NCBI RefSeq assembly: GCF_006345805.1
Contig: NC_043014.1
Span: forward strand, 7,626,001-7,690,000
Reading direction: 5' to 3'
Source of the DNA: Octopus sinensis
Taxonomy: Eukaryota
Length of the DNA stretch: 64,000 nucleotides
The position numbers and the translations under genes were made by a program. The notes beneath the pieces are model-generated. The model searched no databases and was not told the origin of the DNA. It saw nothing but the letters and a program-made list of their open reading frames with translations. Shown one piece after another: positions 63,624-64,000 of the stretch. Each line of letters opens with the position of its first letter. The stretch's first letter is position 1.

Positions 63624-63624
<1 letters not shown>
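61672..63624 (+). mobile_element. Decayed Penelope-like element (RT C-terminus, GIY-YIG endonuclease, terminal hammerhead-like motif)
   Basis: FHPALHFT..SFLD..HYKHTDSHSYL..SSHP..IPYSQFLR; NIIYCISC..LYIGQTGRRLADRFAEH; frameshifted; flanked by (TA)n. Confidence 0.88.
62640..63310. repeat. Polypyrimidine tract followed by an ATAC-rich compound tandem repeat
   Basis: C/T-rich tract at 62640-62940; about 120-bp units with CTAATACATA subrepeats at 63000-63310. Confidence 0.85.
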
Positions 63625-63672
<48 letters not shown>

Positions 63673-64000
63673 TTACACTGGGGTCACTGTAATCGAATGG
63701 TCCCCTTCCCCAAAGTTTCAGGCCTTGTGGCTATTGTACAAAGAATTATTATTATTATGAGTGAGAGAGCAGTCGATGCCATCAAAGTGACATGGGGTAA
63801 AATATAGGAACCCCAATATACCCATCATGACTACCCGTCTGATAAAGGTACACCAGGCACAGCATCACAACCATATGTGCGCGAACATTTGATCTCATAT
63901 CAAGATAAACAGCACATGACCTTGCAGGTGGGGCCCAGTTAGAATTTTCTTCAGATTGAGTAGCCCATCCCGCTTCAAACGGTCCCTGAATAAGGGTTGT

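Overview
Eukaryotic, AT-rich, repeat-dense genomic DNA, most likely from an octopod cephalopod (inferred from the SINE/LINE repertoire, not verified). The one protein-coding gene is RRP9 (U3-55K, the WD40 protein of the U3 snoRNP) on the + strand. It has 14 exons at 16688-50428 that I joined by hand in a single frame (1401 nt, 466 aa plus stop, all introns GT-AG). Two full-length U1 snRNA genes lie upstream (201-364 and 10656-10819). The rest is mobile DNA: several tRNA-derived SINE families, dead RTE, CR1-type and Penelope-like retroelements, TTAA-flanked and other MITEs, Helentron-like elements, a 5.3-kb compound (AAT)n satellite, a 63-bp minisatellite and a 100-N gap. Most ORFs in the supplied track are repeat artefacts. 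The main unexpected signal is a set of type I hammerhead ribozyme folds in at least four unrelated repeat families. These include a tRNA-headed SINE-like element carrying a hammerhead, and long palindromes with a hammerhead in each arm. A second highlight is a partial copy of RRP9 exon 12 fused to a LINE 3' tail. Ribozyme folds were assigned by eye; none is shown to be active.
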